In this document: positions 47,954 to 58,365 of the stretch, piece by piece | Numbering within the stretch: position 1 is the first letter of the stretch | How the letters are laid out: each line of letters starts with the position of its first letter | Source of the DNA: an uncultured Bacilli bacterium | Lineage (GTDB): Bacteria > Bacillota_I > Bacilli_A > RF39 > UBA660 | Length of the DNA stretch: 64,000 bases | Assembly (NCBI GenBank): GCA_947589535.1 | Contig: CANQAS010000001.1 | Location: forward strand, 12,101 to 76,100 | Direction: 5' to 3' | Position numbers and translations under genes: made by a program | The notes under the pieces: model-generated | Told to the model about the DNA's origin: nothing | The model's input: the letters and a program-made list of their open reading frames with translations, nothing else | Databases searched by the model: none

Positions 47954-49492
47954 TTATACCGTAGGATATATACCTGGACCCATAGGTAAACCAATTATAT
48001 ACCAACATACTATCATTAATATCCATATTATTGCTATTCCTAAGAAATAAGGAAATATAGTTTTGTAACATTTTTTTATACTAAAATCTGCTTTATTTTT
48101 CATATATACTTCAACAAAACCTATAAATATAACAAAATATGTGAATAATGGTGTTATCGAATTTGTTATTGAATCACCTGCTCTAAACACTAGTTGGGAA
48201 AATTCTGGAGTTATATTTGCTTTCATAACTACAGGCATAATATTAGGAGCTAAAATTGCCCACTTAGCAACTGATCCAGGAAGTAATATATTAGCTATCA
48301 TCGTAAATATAAGTATTAATAATACTAATGGTATAAATGCAAAATCAGACGCAGATATTAAATTTGCCAAAGATCCAGTTACAACAATGCCAATATTTGA
48401 TTCTGTCAAAAGTGCATTTAATTGCGCTGCAAAAAATATAAGTACAAATATTCCGCCAATACTTTTTAAATAATCTGTAGAAAAATTCACCATATCTCTT
48501 ATTCGTTTTATTGTTCCAGTTGTTATTCCAAATACAAAACCTTGTACTGCGAATATAAATGATACTATTCCTACCAAATTAGTCATTAAAAGCGAATCAC
48601 TTGAAAACAACATCTTAGAATATACATCTTGAGACTTATCAAGTAATAAACCAAAAATACCATTACCAACAGGTAATATCATAATAATAATAGGTATTAA
48701 ACATATTATTGTTACTATTAAAGTAGCTAAAAGGCCTTTTTTCTCTTTAGCTTCTTCTAGTACGTACTCATCATCTTCTTCAATGGTATTTCTACCAAGT
48801 TTTTTAGAAACTATCTTTTCTGTAATAAACGTACATAATCCTGCAATTAATAACGAAGCTATTACCGTAAATATAATATTCCCGCTTTGTAATACAGTAT
48901 AGTCAACATCTAATAATTTAGCACTAGCTTCAGTATAACTAGTTAAATTATAATCTAGAGAAGTAATAAATAAACCAGCCCCGTGACCTGACGCAATAGA
49001 TGCAAAGCCTAAAGCTAAACCACCAATTGGATTTCTGTTCATAGACATAAATAAAACAGCGCCAAGTGGTAATAATAATACGTATCCCACATTATTATCA
49101 ATACTTGCTAAGATGCATAGTAAAGAATAGATAAATATAATAAGTGTTCTTGGAACTTTATTTGTTATCTTATTACATAATGTTTTTAAAAACCCAGATT
49201 TAGATGCTATACCAAAAGATATCGCAGCTATTAGTAATGCTCCAAAAGGAACAAAATCTATTAAGTTATTATAAGCAGATGTCATTAAGAATTTTATTCC
49301 ATCAACGCTTAGTAAAGAATTTACTGATATGGTAGTTGATTCTACTTCACCTGCTATAGTAGTTAGCTTATCATATGTAACTTGGAAATTTAAAGCATTT
49401 GCTATACCACTTACAATTATGACAAGTAATGATAGATATATAAAAAACATAACTGGGTGTGATGATCTTTTTAACTTTTTAGGATTAAACAT
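47954..49492 (-). CDS. AbgT-family transporter
   Basis: 512-aa polytopic protein. The N-terminal region with SLLSVDGIKF...FVPFGALL matches the AbgT-family pattern. Confidence 0.75.
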   Translation of the reverse strand: MFNPKKLKRSSHPVMFFIYLSLLVIIVSGIANALNFQVTYDKLTTIAGEVESTTISVNSLLSVDGIKFLMTSAYNNLIDFVPFGALLIAAISFGIASKSGFLKTLCNKITNKVPRTLIIFIYSLLCILASIDNNVGYVLLLPLGAVLFMSMNRNPIGGLALGFASIASGHGAGLFITSLDYNLTSYTEASAKLLDVDYTVLQSGNIIFTVIASLLIAGLCTFITEKIVSKKLGRNTIEEDDEYVLEEAKEKKGLLATLIVTIICLIPIIIMILPVGNGIFGLLLDKSQDVYSKMLFSSDSLLMTNLVGIVSFIFAVQGFVFGITTGTIKRIRDMVNFSTDYLKSIGGIFVLIFFAAQLNALLTESNIGIVVTGSLANLISASDFAFIPLVLLILIFTMIANILLPGSVAKWAILAPNIMPVVMKANITPEFSQLVFRAGDSITNSITPLFTYFVIFIGFVEVYMKNKADFSIKKCYKTIFPYFLGIAIIWILMIVCWYIIGLPMGPGIYPTV

Positions 49493-49682
49493 CTTGCACC
49501 TCCTCTAATACCTTTTTGATCTTTTTGTTAAAATCTACTCTTGAAAGCATAATTGTTCTACCGCAATTTATGCATTGTATTTTTATATCAACACCTACTC
49601 TTGTGATTTTAAATTTATTAGAACCACATGGATGTTGTTTCTTCATTTCTACTATTGAACCTAAGTTATAGTTATTTTTCAT
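49485..49682 (-). CDS. DUF951-family small protein
   Basis: 65 aa with HPCGSNKF...CINCGR, typical of DUF951. It overlaps both flanking genes. Confidence 0.6.
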   Translation of the reverse strand: MKNNYNLGSIVEMKKQHPCGSNKFKITRVGVDIKIQCINCGRTIMLSRVDFNKKIKKVLEEVQDV

Positions 49683-50478
49683 TATGCACCTCCAATTGAG
49701 GATATGGAATTTTAATTCCGTTTTTATCCAAGGTGTTTTTAAGTTCTTTTCTCATTGTTCTTGCTACTGCATAATGCGAAGCAGGCTTACATTTGCCAAC
49801 AATTCTAAACGTAACCGCCGAATCAGCTAGCTCTTCAACCCCTAAAACTTCAGGTTCACTAATTAATTCTGGTATTTTATCTTGCATCGTTGCACAAGCT
49901 ACTTTAAGTATTTTTTCTACTTTATCAAGTTTTGACTCATACGCTACTGATAAGTCTACAATAGCTAGTGTTTCTTCTAAACTATAGTTAATTACCGAAG
50001 ATATATTTCTATTAGAAATTATTCTAACTTCTCCACTATATGACTTAATTCTAGTTGATTTTAAACCTATACTAGTTATAAAACCAGTAAAATCATCTAT
50101 CTTTACAAGATCCCCTATGGCATACCAATTTTCAAAAAGAATAGTTACACCTGCTAAAATATCTTTTAACATATCTTGAAAAGCTAATCCTACTACCAAA
50201 CTTACAACACCAAGACCAGTTACTAGTGCCGCAGTATTAACACCATATAATCCTAATAATGATAATACCGCAAATATCCAAATAACATATTTTATTATAC
50301 TGCATATTAAACTACTTAATGTTCTAGCTTTCCTTTGATCAAAATTCTTAGGCTTCATTTTAGGATTAAAAGAATATTTAACTATGTTTTTTAATACCTT
50401 TTCTAGGACAAAAGCTACTAAAACTATTATAATAGTCATATATATTTCTTTTGCTATAGTAAAGCCGAATATTTTCAT
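49672..50478 (-). CDS. MscS-family mechanosensitive channel
   Basis: Three TM helices followed by the beta-domain GDLVKIDDFTGFITSIGLKSTRIKS. Confidence 0.8.
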   Translation of the reverse strand: MKIFGFTIAKEIYMTIIIVLVAFVLEKVLKNIVKYSFNPKMKPKNFDQRKARTLSSLICSIIKYVIWIFAVLSLLGLYGVNTAALVTGLGVVSLVVGLAFQDMLKDILAGVTILFENWYAIGDLVKIDDFTGFITSIGLKSTRIKSYSGEVRIISNRNISSVINYSLEETLAIVDLSVAYESKLDKVEKILKVACATMQDKIPELISEPEVLGVEELADSAVTFRIVGKCKPASHYAVARTMRKELKNTLDKNGIKIPYPQLEVHNEK

Positions 50479-50488
50479 ATTATCCCCT

Positions 50489-51385
50489 CTATTCTACTTC
50501 AATATCTAGTATTTCTAAGATACGGTTTAAATCTTCCTTGGTAACAAAAGAAATCTTTATTTTATTTCCAGAAATGGAAACCTTTGTTCCTAATTTTTCT
50601 TTCATTGCATCTTCTACGTATTTATATTCTTTGGTCTTAGATTTTTTTAATGTTGGGACCTTTCTAGTGAAATCTTCTGGTATAGTTAATTCTTCAAGAT
50701 CTCTAACACTAAGATTTTCATTTACAACTTTATTTGCTAATTCTTCTATTTGTTCTTTACTTTCTAATTTACTAAGAACTCTTGCATGTCCCATAGAAAG
50801 TTTATTATACAAAATCATATCTTGAACTGATAATGGTAGTCTTAAAAGACCTAACATATTGGTAATATGACTTCTTGACTTACCTAATTTTTTAGCCAAT
50901 TCTTCTTGTGTTAATCTTAATGATTCTATAATTGACTTATAAGCTTTAGCTTCCTCAATTGCAGACAAATCTTCCCTTTGAAGATTCTCTAGCAATGCTA
51001 CTTGCATCATCTCTTCATCAGTAAAGTCCCTTATTATTGCTGGAATTTTAGTTAGACCGGCTAACTTTGATGCTTTTGCACGTCTTTCACCTGCAATTAT
51101 GTTATATCCTCTAACACTTTTTTTTACAATTATAGGTTGAAATACCCCATGTTCCTTTATTGATTCAGATAATTCTGTAAGAGATTCTTCATCAAAAACT
51201 TTTCTAGGTTGATAAGGGTTACTCATCAACTCATCAATGTTAATTTCTACTATTTCATCTTTTGGAGTTTCCTCTACTATTTTATTTTCTACCTGATCAA
51301 AGTCAAGCATTTCAGTATTAAATAATTGTTCTAACCCCATTCCTAAAGCTCTTCTTTTACTGTTGTCTTCTTTCATTTTGTTCAA
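50489..51385 (-). CDS. parB: chromosome partitioning protein ParB/Spo0J
   Basis: ParB box IIAGERRAKASKLAGL plus an HTH. The start is uncertain: TTG at 51385 or ATG at 51376. Confidence 0.9.
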   Translation of the reverse strand: MNKMKEDNSKRRALGMGLEQLFNTEMLDFDQVENKIVEETPKDEIVEINIDELMSNPYQPRKVFDEESLTELSESIKEHGVFQPIIVKKSVRGYNIIAGERRAKASKLAGLTKIPAIIRDFTDEEMMQVALLENLQREDLSAIEEAKAYKSIIESLRLTQEELAKKLGKSRSHITNMLGLLRLPLSVQDMILYNKLSMGHARVLSKLESKEQIEELANKVVNENLSVRDLEELTIPEDFTRKVPTLKKSKTKEYKYVEDAMKEKLGTKVSISGNKIKISFVTKEDLNRILEILDIEVE

Positions 51386-52151
51386 TTACCTCCTTTGCTA
51401 AATTAAGGTATGCTTCAGTACCACGGCTCATTGGATCATATGCTACGATTGGCTTACCGTGAGATGGTGCCTCAGTTAATCTTATTAATCTTGGAATCAA
51501 AGTATTATATACTCGTTCCTTAAAAAAGCCTCTTATTTCTTCTACTACTTCTAATCCTAAATTAGTTCTAGAATCAAGCATAGTAAGAAGTACTCCTTCT
51601 ATTTCCAAAGTAGGATTTAATTTTCTTTGTGCTAACATTATAGAATTTAATAATTGCATAATTCCTTCTAGTGCAAAAAACTCACATTGAACAGGTATTA
51701 ATACTGAGTTAGATGCAGTAAGCGCATTTGTAGTTAATAAACCTAAAGATGGCGGACAGTCAATTATAATAAAGTCATACTCATTTCTAAGGTTTTGTAA
51801 TGCAATTTTTAACTGCATATTCTTTTGAAAAGTACTATCTTGTTTTGCTTTTTCAATTAATTCTATATCAGCGCCTGCTAAATTTATAGTAGCTGGAATT
51901 ATACTTAAATTCTTAAAATTAGTTTTAATTATAGCCTCATTTGGATTACATCTTCCTAATAACAAATCATATATACTCTTAGATACATCTCCCTTATTAA
52001 TACCTACACCAGTAGATGCGTTTCCTTGAGGATCTAAATCTATTAACAATACTTTTTTATTTTGTACTCCTAGTGAAGCTGCTAAGTTAATACTAGTTGT
52101 AGTTTTACCTACGCCACCTTTTTGATTTACTAATGCTATTACCCTTCCCAT
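51357..52151 (-). CDS. parA: chromosome partitioning ATPase ParA/Soj
   Basis: Deviant Walker A NQKGGVGKTT. Confidence 0.95.
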   Translation of the reverse strand: MGRVIALVNQKGGVGKTTTSINLAASLGVQNKKVLLIDLDPQGNASTGVGINKGDVSKSIYDLLLGRCNPNEAIIKTNFKNLSIIPATINLAGADIELIEKAKQDSTFQKNMQLKIALQNLRNEYDFIIIDCPPSLGLLTTNALTASNSVLIPVQCEFFALEGIMQLLNSIMLAQRKLNPTLEIEGVLLTMLDSRTNLGLEVVEEIRGFFKERVYNTLIPRLIRLTEAPSHGKPIVAYDPMSRGTEAYLNLAKEVIEQNERRQQ

Positions 52152-52243
52152 TTTGCTTCACTTCTTTCTACTCTCATTTTTATTTTTAACTATAATATCA
52201 TTCTATCAAAAAAATACTTTTTTTTAAACCCTTTAATAAAATA

Positions 52244-53176
52244 TTAATATTGATTTCTTATTTTGTCAGCAAATTCCTTTATTTTTCTAAATCTATGGTT
52301 TAAACAAGATTTACTTATATTAGTACCAGTTTCAAGTGTCATTATTTTACTAAGTTCTAACAATGAAGTTTCTGGATATTTAACTCTATACTCAGCACTT
52401 TGTCTTACCTTTTCATCTAGTAAGTCAAGCATATCTTTTTCTTTTATAAAATTTATTTCCTTAATAAGGTCATTGGCAGTTTTAACCATCTTTTCTACAT
52501 TAGCTTGCTCACAATTATTAAGACGGTTAGTCATGTTTATTTTTTCACGGTATACCCTTATTTCCTCATAATACATAACACCGTTATACGCTCTTATAAT
52601 TCTTAGAAAGTCGCTTATTTTTTCAGCCTCTTTAATATATACCATATACCCTTTTTTACGGTGAAGAATTTTACTATTTAAATTATTATCATTTAATAAT
52701 TTATTTAAAAATTTTGCATACTCAGTATTGTTTATTAAAAACTCTAAATGATATCTAGATGTTTTTGGATCATTTAAACTACCAGAGACCATAAATACTC
52801 CTCTTAAATATGCTCTAGTAAGTTCTTCATCATCAAGTAGCGATTCGCTTGGAATTCTTAAAAGCTCGTTTTTCTCACTAATAATACCTAAATCTCTAAG
52901 AACTTTAAGGGTATCTTTCTTTAATTCTAATACGTATATTTCATTTTTCTTAAAATTATAATTTTTTCTTAAAGATATATTTAGATTGATGTCGTAAAGA
53001 ATCTTAAACAAACCGAATATTCGATTTGCAACAAATTTATTTTCAGTTTGAATTTTAATATTATATATTTTTATTTCAGCAGCCGTTCTAATGATTCCTG
53101 ATAATTCAGATAAGTATTCAGCCCTAGTACACTCAGTTGTACTTATTTCTTTTTTTATCTTACTAGAAAATGTCAT
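52244..53176 (-). CDS. whiA: DNA-binding protein WhiA
   Basis: MTFSSKIKKEIS N-terminus, LAGLIDADG-like middle (YLRGVFMVSGS), and C-terminal HTH ISKSCLNHRFRKI. The start is trimmed to the ATG at 53176. Confidence 0.8.
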   Translation of the reverse strand: MTFSSKIKKEISTTECTRAEYLSELSGIIRTAAEIKIYNIKIQTENKFVANRIFGLFKILYDINLNISLRKNYNFKKNEIYVLELKKDTLKVLRDLGIISEKNELLRIPSESLLDDEELTRAYLRGVFMVSGSLNDPKTSRYHLEFLINNTEYAKFLNKLLNDNNLNSKILHRKKGYMVYIKEAEKISDFLRIIRAYNGVMYYEEIRVYREKINMTNRLNNCEQANVEKMVKTANDLIKEINFIKEKDMLDLLDEKVRQSAEYRVKYPETSLLELSKIMTLETGTNISKSCLNHRFRKIKEFADKIRNQY

Positions 53177-53501
53177 TTTATCACATCCTACCAGACAGAT
53201 TATATCAAATAAAGACTTTTTTTTCAACATATCCAGGAGTTTTTATTTATAAAATACTTATTAATAAAATAACTTTGAACTTTTTTGTTGTAAAGCACTG
53301 ACTTAAAATGTACTTTATATTAAAATATAACTATGTTAGGTGTAGTGTGTGAATTTCAAGTTATATTTAAAAAGAAGATAAATTTAAATATGCTTATACA
53401 AGCGATTTATTAATATTCTAAAAAAAACTAAAATAAAAATAATGTCTATGGTAATGGCATTATTTTTTTATTTAATTATACTTATTTTTAAAAAATTGCA
53501 A

Positions 53502-54299
53502 TTAAGCCCTTTCTTCTTTAGAAATATTATAATTTTCACATTTAATCTTGGTTACTATAAATATAACTATTCCTATTATAACCATTATTATAGATATAAC
53601 TTGTGCCATCTTTAGACTACCTAACATTAAGCTATCAGTTCTAAGTGATTCGATAAAGAATCTTAAGACTCCATACCAAATTAAATATAAGGCAGTTATA
53701 TTACCTAGTTTTATACATTTCATTTTCCTAATTAAAACTAATATAATAAAACCTAAAACGCAAAATATCGATTCGTAAAGAAAAGTTGGGTGATAATAAT
53801 AAGCACCTATGTGCATCCCATTAATTATAAATTCTGGTAAGTGTAAGTTTTCCAAAAAACTTCTAGATACAATTCCACCATGAGCTTCACTGTTAAAAAA
53901 ATTACCCCATCTTCCAATTCCTTGAGCAAGCAACACATATGGTGCTGATATATCCATCATTCTTAAAACATTAACATTATTTTTTTTACAATATATAAAA
54001 AGTGTTATTATACCAGCTATTAAACCACCGTGAATTGCAAGTCCACCATTCCATATTTTTATTATTTCTGTCGGATATAATGAGTAATAATCTAAGTTAA
54101 ATATTACATAATATACCCTCGCACCTAATATCCCAAATATCATGCACCAAAATATTAAATTAAATACGAAATTAGTTTCTATGTTATGTTTTTTTGCTTC
54201 TTTACAAATTAAAATACCTGCTAATATTATACCTGTTAAAATACAAATTGAATACCACGTAATTGTTAGGTTACCCATAGCTATCGCGATTGGATTCAT
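53502..54299 (-). CDS. lgt: prolipoprotein diacylglyceryl transferase
   Basis: Polytopic protein with the GRWGNFFNSE signature. Confidence 0.9.
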   Translation of the reverse strand: MNPIAIAMGNLTITWYSICILTGIILAGILICKEAKKHNIETNFVFNLIFWCMIFGILGARVYYVIFNLDYYSLYPTEIIKIWNGGLAIHGGLIAGIITLFIYCKKNNVNVLRMMDISAPYVLLAQGIGRWGNFFNSEAHGGIVSRSFLENLHLPEFIINGMHIGAYYYHPTFLYESIFCVLGFIILVLIRKMKCIKLGNITALYLIWYGVLRFFIESLRTDSLMLGSLKMAQVISIIMVIIGIVIFIVTKIKCENYNISKEERA

Positions 54300-54300
54300 A

Positions 54301-54738
54301 TTATTTTTTACACCTCTCTATCATTGGTTTTATTATTAGATTATCTAATAATAAGTTTGCAACACTTATAAAGATAGCAACTATAACTGGAGATAGAACA
54401 CCAGTCATATAAAAATGTTTACCAAGTATTAAGTTTACGATCAACAAAATAATAACATTTATAACAAAATAAAATAAACCTAATGACATACCTATAAGAG
54501 GAAGTGATATTGTAATTAAAATTGGTTTAATAGTTTTATTTAATACATAAATAATTACTGCTCCTAAAAAGCCATATAAGAAATTTTCTACGTATAAAGA
54601 CCTAAACAAATTAGATGCTAATAATAGTACTATTGCATAACAGACCATATATATAAGCCACTCTACAAATAAATTAAGCCTATATTCTATTTCTTTATTA
54701 TTTTTCTTTTTTTTACCATCAACTACTATTACTCTCAT
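54301..54738 (-). CDS. small 4-TM membrane protein (phage holin 4-2 / YvlD-like family)
   Basis: About 145 aa with four hydrophobic helices. GAGGTGG SD precedes the ATG at 54738. The family assignment is from memory. Confidence 0.4.
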   Translation of the reverse strand: MRVIVVDGKKKKNNKEIEYRLNLFVEWLIYMVCYAIVLLLASNLFRSLYVENFLYGFLGAVIIYVLNKTIKPILITISLPLIGMSLGLFYFVINVIILLIVNLILGKHFYMTGVLSPVIVAIFISVANLLLDNLIIKPMIERCKK

Positions 54739-54802
54739 ACTTACCACCTCATATAAGAACATTATAGCACATAATAAATGTTTTATTTTAGATATTTTTA
54801 TC

Positions 54803-54824
54803 GAAAAAAACCTTAAACTAAGGT
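54803..54824 (-). terminator. rho-independent terminator after the 56-codon ORF
   Basis: Stem ACCTTA / TAAGGT with a 3-nt loop, followed on the minus strand by T7. It overlaps the TAG stop. Confidence 0.5.
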
Positions 54825-54988
54825 CTTATTTTTTTATGAACTTCATATGAATCATCAATAATTATAATGTAATCATTATTTTTTAATATATCCTCATGAA
54901 TTAGATTGTTATTTACATCATATAGTTTTTCGTCTTTCTTTATAAGTATCAAAAAACCAGGATAAATTGTTCTTATTTTATTTATCAT
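54818..54988 (-). CDS. unannotated 56-aa ORF translationally coupled to the ArpU-like gene
   Basis: The ATG at 54988 lies 11 nt inside the upstream gene, preceded by GAGGAA. It reads MINKIRTIYPGFLILIKKDEKLYDVNNNLIHEDILKNNDYIIIIDDSYEVHKKIRP and is followed directly by a terminator. It falls below the ORF-track size cutoff. Confidence 0.4.
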   Translation of the reverse strand: MINKIRTIYPGFLILIKKDEKLYDVNNNLIHEDILKNNDYIIIIDDSYEVHKKIRP

Positions 54989-55397
54989 TTATTTCCTCAA
55001 CTCCTAAAGAATATGCAAATCTAATCAATGTTTCTTTTTTCTTTATATAATAGTAACCAAGTGAAAAACCAAGGTTATTTGCAATAAATCTATCATCATA
55101 ATTATTTTCTTTATCAAGATATGTCCAATATATTATTTTTCTTTCTTCAGTAGTAAGTTTGTTAAATGAAAATCTAACATAATTAATAAAATCTATTCTC
55201 TTTTTTATTTCATCTTCACTAAGCTTGATATATGAACTAAATTTTTGATCCCAATGTATTTTTTCTAATATAAAAGAGTCCGATATGACAGAAGTAGAGT
55301 TGCTATCAACCGATAAACTATAGTAAATATACTTAGATATTATATTTTCTACATTCTTTTTAGTTTTAGCCCATAATACACTTATCGATTTAATCAT
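54978..55397 (-). CDS. ArpU-family-like (sigma region-4-like) transcriptional regulator
   Basis: The C-terminal LTTEERKIIYWTYL...IANNLGFSLGYYYIKKKETLIRFAYSL resembles ArpU / phage late regulators. Confidence 0.4.
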   Translation of the reverse strand: MIKSISVLWAKTKKNVENIISKYIYYSLSVDSNSTSVISDSFILEKIHWDQKFSSYIKLSEDEIKKRIDFINYVRFSFNKLTTEERKIIYWTYLDKENNYDDRFIANNLGFSLGYYYIKKKETLIRFAYSLGVEEINDK

Positions 55398-55473
55398 AAA
55401 ATAACAACTCCTTTCTTAAATATTCTATCATTTTTAAAGTTATAAAAGTTAAGGTTAAAATAATCAAAAAGTC

Positions 55474-55511
55474 ATAAAAAAATAAAGTAAAGATTATATT
55501 TATCTCTACTT
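55474..55511 (-). terminator. probable terminator after uvrA
   Basis: Imperfect stem AAAGTAAAGAT / ATCTCTACTTT with one mismatch, followed on the minus strand by a T-rich run. Confidence 0.4.
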
Positions 55512-55551
55512 TATTATTATCTACTTTTACTAAAATACCCCTAGATTTTTG

Positions 55552-58365
55552 TTATTTTAATATTTTTTTTAAATATTGCCCTGTATATGATAATTCACAT
55601 TTAGCTACTTTTTCTGGGGTTCCTTCACAAACTATGGTTCCTCCACCATCTCCACCTTCAGGTCCTAAATCGATTATATGATCAGCGACTTTTATAACAT
55701 CAAGGTTATGTTCAATAACAATTACCGTATCTCCATTATCAACTATTCTGTTTAAAATAGTAAGCAACCTTTTAATATCGTGGCTATGTAGTCCAGTTGT
55801 TGGTTCATCTAGTATGAATATGCTCTTACCAGTAGGTTTCTTTTGTAATTCTTTAGCAAGTTTAACGCGTGAGGCCTCACCACCAGATAAAGTAGTAGCA
55901 CTTTGACCTAGTTTTATATATCCAAGACCTACATCCATCAACACTTGTAATTTTCTTTTAATCTTAGGATGATTTTCAAAAAATTCTAAAGCTTCTTCTA
56001 CCCTCATTTGAAGAACATCGTAAATAGTTTTACCTTTATATTTAACTTCTAGAGTTTCTTTGTTAAATCTTGTACCACCACATACTTCACATGGAACGTA
56101 TACATCTGGTAAGAAGTTCATGGAAATTTTCTTAACTCCATCTCCCCAGCAAGCTTCACATCTTCCGCCCTTGACGTTAAATGAGAACCTTCCCTTTTCA
56201 TAACCTCTTATCTTAGCTTCTTTAGTATTTGCATAAACATCTCTTATATCATCAAATACACCAACATAAGTAGCAGGATTACTACGTGGTGTTCTTCCTA
56301 TTGGATCTTGTGTTATATCTATTACTTTATCCACGTTTTCCAATCCTTTTATACTTTTATGTTTTCCTGGAATAACTTTAGAGCCATATACGTTTAAGGC
56401 AAGAGCCTTGTATAGTATCCCGTTAATCAAGCTACTTTTACCGGATCCCGATACACCAGTTACTAAAATTAATTTACCTAAAGGAAACTTAACGTTAATA
56501 TTTTTAAGGTTATTTTCTTTGGCACCTTTAATTTCGATAAATTTACCATTACCTTTTCTACGTTTTTTAGGAACCTCTATTTTTTTTCTTCCACTTAGAT
56601 AATCTCCAGTTAAACTATTAGTGTTTTGCATAACTTCATCTGGTGTTCCATATGCTACTACTTTTCCACCATGATCACCCGCACCAGGTCCAATATCTAC
56701 TAAATAGTCAGCTTGAAGCATAGTATCCGTATCATGTTCTACAACAACTAAGGTATTACCTAAATCTCTCATCTTTAGTAAAGAATCAATAAGTCTTTGA
56801 TTATCTCTTTGGTGAAGTCCAATACTAGGTTCATCAAGTACGTATAAAACACCTGTTAATTGTGAACCTATTTGCGTTGCAAGTCTTATTCTCTGCGCTT
56901 CTCCACCTGATAAAGTTCCTGCACTACGAGATAAAGTTAGATAACCAAGTCCGACATTATGTAAAAATTCTAATCTAGATTTTATTTCCTTAATAAGAAG
57001 TCTTGCTATCTCTTCTTTTTCTTTACTTAGTTTTAATTTATCAAAGAAGTCGTATAACTTATCTATGTTCATATCAGTTAAATCAATTATATTTTTCTTA
57101 TTTATTAAAACTGATAAAACACTTTCTTTAAGTCTCTTACCATTACAAGTTGGGCAAGTAAGTTCTACCATGTATTTTCCTAGCCATTCTCTAATAAATT
57201 CACTATTAGTTTCAAAGTATCTTCTTTCTAAGTTATTTAATATTCCTTCATATGGTTCAAAGCTATTCATTTCATTACCACTTCTAGTTTTAAACTTAAA
57301 CTCAATTGGCTCCTTAGTACCACGAAGAATTATATCTAATTCCTTTTTAGTAAAATCTTTCATTTTTTTATTCATATCTATATTAAACTTATCACAAACA
57401 ATTTCTAGTTTTTTAATATATATATTTTGATCATCCATACCCGAAAGCGGTTCTATTCCACCTCTTCTTAAAGTTTTATCTTTATTAGGTATGATTAACT
57501 GCTCGCTTATTTTTTGTTTGAAACCTAAACCCTTACAATCAGGGCATGATCCATAAGGTGCATTAAATGAAAACATTCTAGGCTCTAACTCTTCTAGTGA
57601 AAAATCACAATGAGGACACGCAAAAGACTCGCTCATTACTATTTCTTCTCTTCCTGGTATTTCTACAACAGCTTTTCCCTTAGATAGCTTGCAAGCTAAT
57701 TCTATCGCCTCATATATTCTGCCTCTTGATTCATCTTTTTTTACTATTCTATCTATAACAACTAAAATATTATGTTTTTTATTTTTATCTAAAACAATAT
57801 TTTCACTTAGATCTTTTGTTTCATCATCTATTTTAACTCTAACATAACCATCTTTTCTTAAGTGATCAAGCAAGTCCTTAAATGTACCCTTTTCACCGTA
57901 TGCTACAGGCGACATAACAATAAGCTTTGTGCCATCGTCTTCATTCATTATCTGAGTAGTCATTTCCTCAATAGATTGACTTGATATTGGAATATTATGA
58001 TTAGGACAATATGGTACACCAATTCTTGCAAATAAAAGTCTAAAGTAATCATATATTTCCGTTACCGTTCCAACCGTTGATCTTGGATTATTATTTGTAG
58101 TTTTTTGATCTATTGAAATAGATGGAGAAAGTCCTTCTATTGAATCAACGTCTGGTTTTGATGTTCCACCTAAAAACTGTCTTGCATACGCACTTAAAGA
58201 CTCAACATATCTTCTTTGCCCTTCTGCGTATATAGTATCAAAAGCAAGTGATGACTTACCACTTCCTGATACACCAGTCATAACGGTTAATTTATTCTTT
58301 GGTATTTCTATATTTACGTTTTTTAAATTATTTTCTCTAGCACCTTTTACTATTATTTTATCCAT
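55552..58365 (-). CDS. uvrA: excinuclease ABC subunit A
   Basis: 937 aa with two ABC modules (GVSGSGKSS twice) and zinc-finger cysteine pairs. Confidence 0.98.
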   Translation of the reverse strand: MDKIIVKGARENNLKNVNIEIPKNKLTVMTGVSGSGKSSLAFDTIYAEGQRRYVESLSAYARQFLGGTSKPDVDSIEGLSPSISIDQKTTNNNPRSTVGTVTEIYDYFRLLFARIGVPYCPNHNIPISSQSIEEMTTQIMNEDDGTKLIVMSPVAYGEKGTFKDLLDHLRKDGYVRVKIDDETKDLSENIVLDKNKKHNILVVIDRIVKKDESRGRIYEAIELACKLSKGKAVVEIPGREEIVMSESFACPHCDFSLEELEPRMFSFNAPYGSCPDCKGLGFKQKISEQLIIPNKDKTLRRGGIEPLSGMDDQNIYIKKLEIVCDKFNIDMNKKMKDFTKKELDIILRGTKEPIEFKFKTRSGNEMNSFEPYEGILNNLERRYFETNSEFIREWLGKYMVELTCPTCNGKRLKESVLSVLINKKNIIDLTDMNIDKLYDFFDKLKLSKEKEEIARLLIKEIKSRLEFLHNVGLGYLTLSRSAGTLSGGEAQRIRLATQIGSQLTGVLYVLDEPSIGLHQRDNQRLIDSLLKMRDLGNTLVVVEHDTDTMLQADYLVDIGPGAGDHGGKVVAYGTPDEVMQNTNSLTGDYLSGRKKIEVPKKRRKGNGKFIEIKGAKENNLKNINVKFPLGKLILVTGVSGSGKSSLINGILYKALALNVYGSKVIPGKHKSIKGLENVDKVIDITQDPIGRTPRSNPATYVGVFDDIRDVYANTKEAKIRGYEKGRFSFNVKGGRCEACWGDGVKKISMNFLPDVYVPCEVCGGTRFNKETLEVKYKGKTIYDVLQMRVEEALEFFENHPKIKRKLQVLMDVGLGYIKLGQSATTLSGGEASRVKLAKELQKKPTGKSIFILDEPTTGLHSHDIKRLLTILNRIVDNGDTVIVIEHNLDVIKVADHIIDLGPEGGDGGGTIVCEGTPEKVAKCELSYTGQYLKKILK

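Noticed and set aside
50489-52243. parS site (TGTTNCACGTGAAACA) expected in or near parB.
   Set aside because: I scanned CACGTG-containing sites across the window, for example near 2945, 3003, 17527 and 41335. None has the flanking TGTT/AACA arms.
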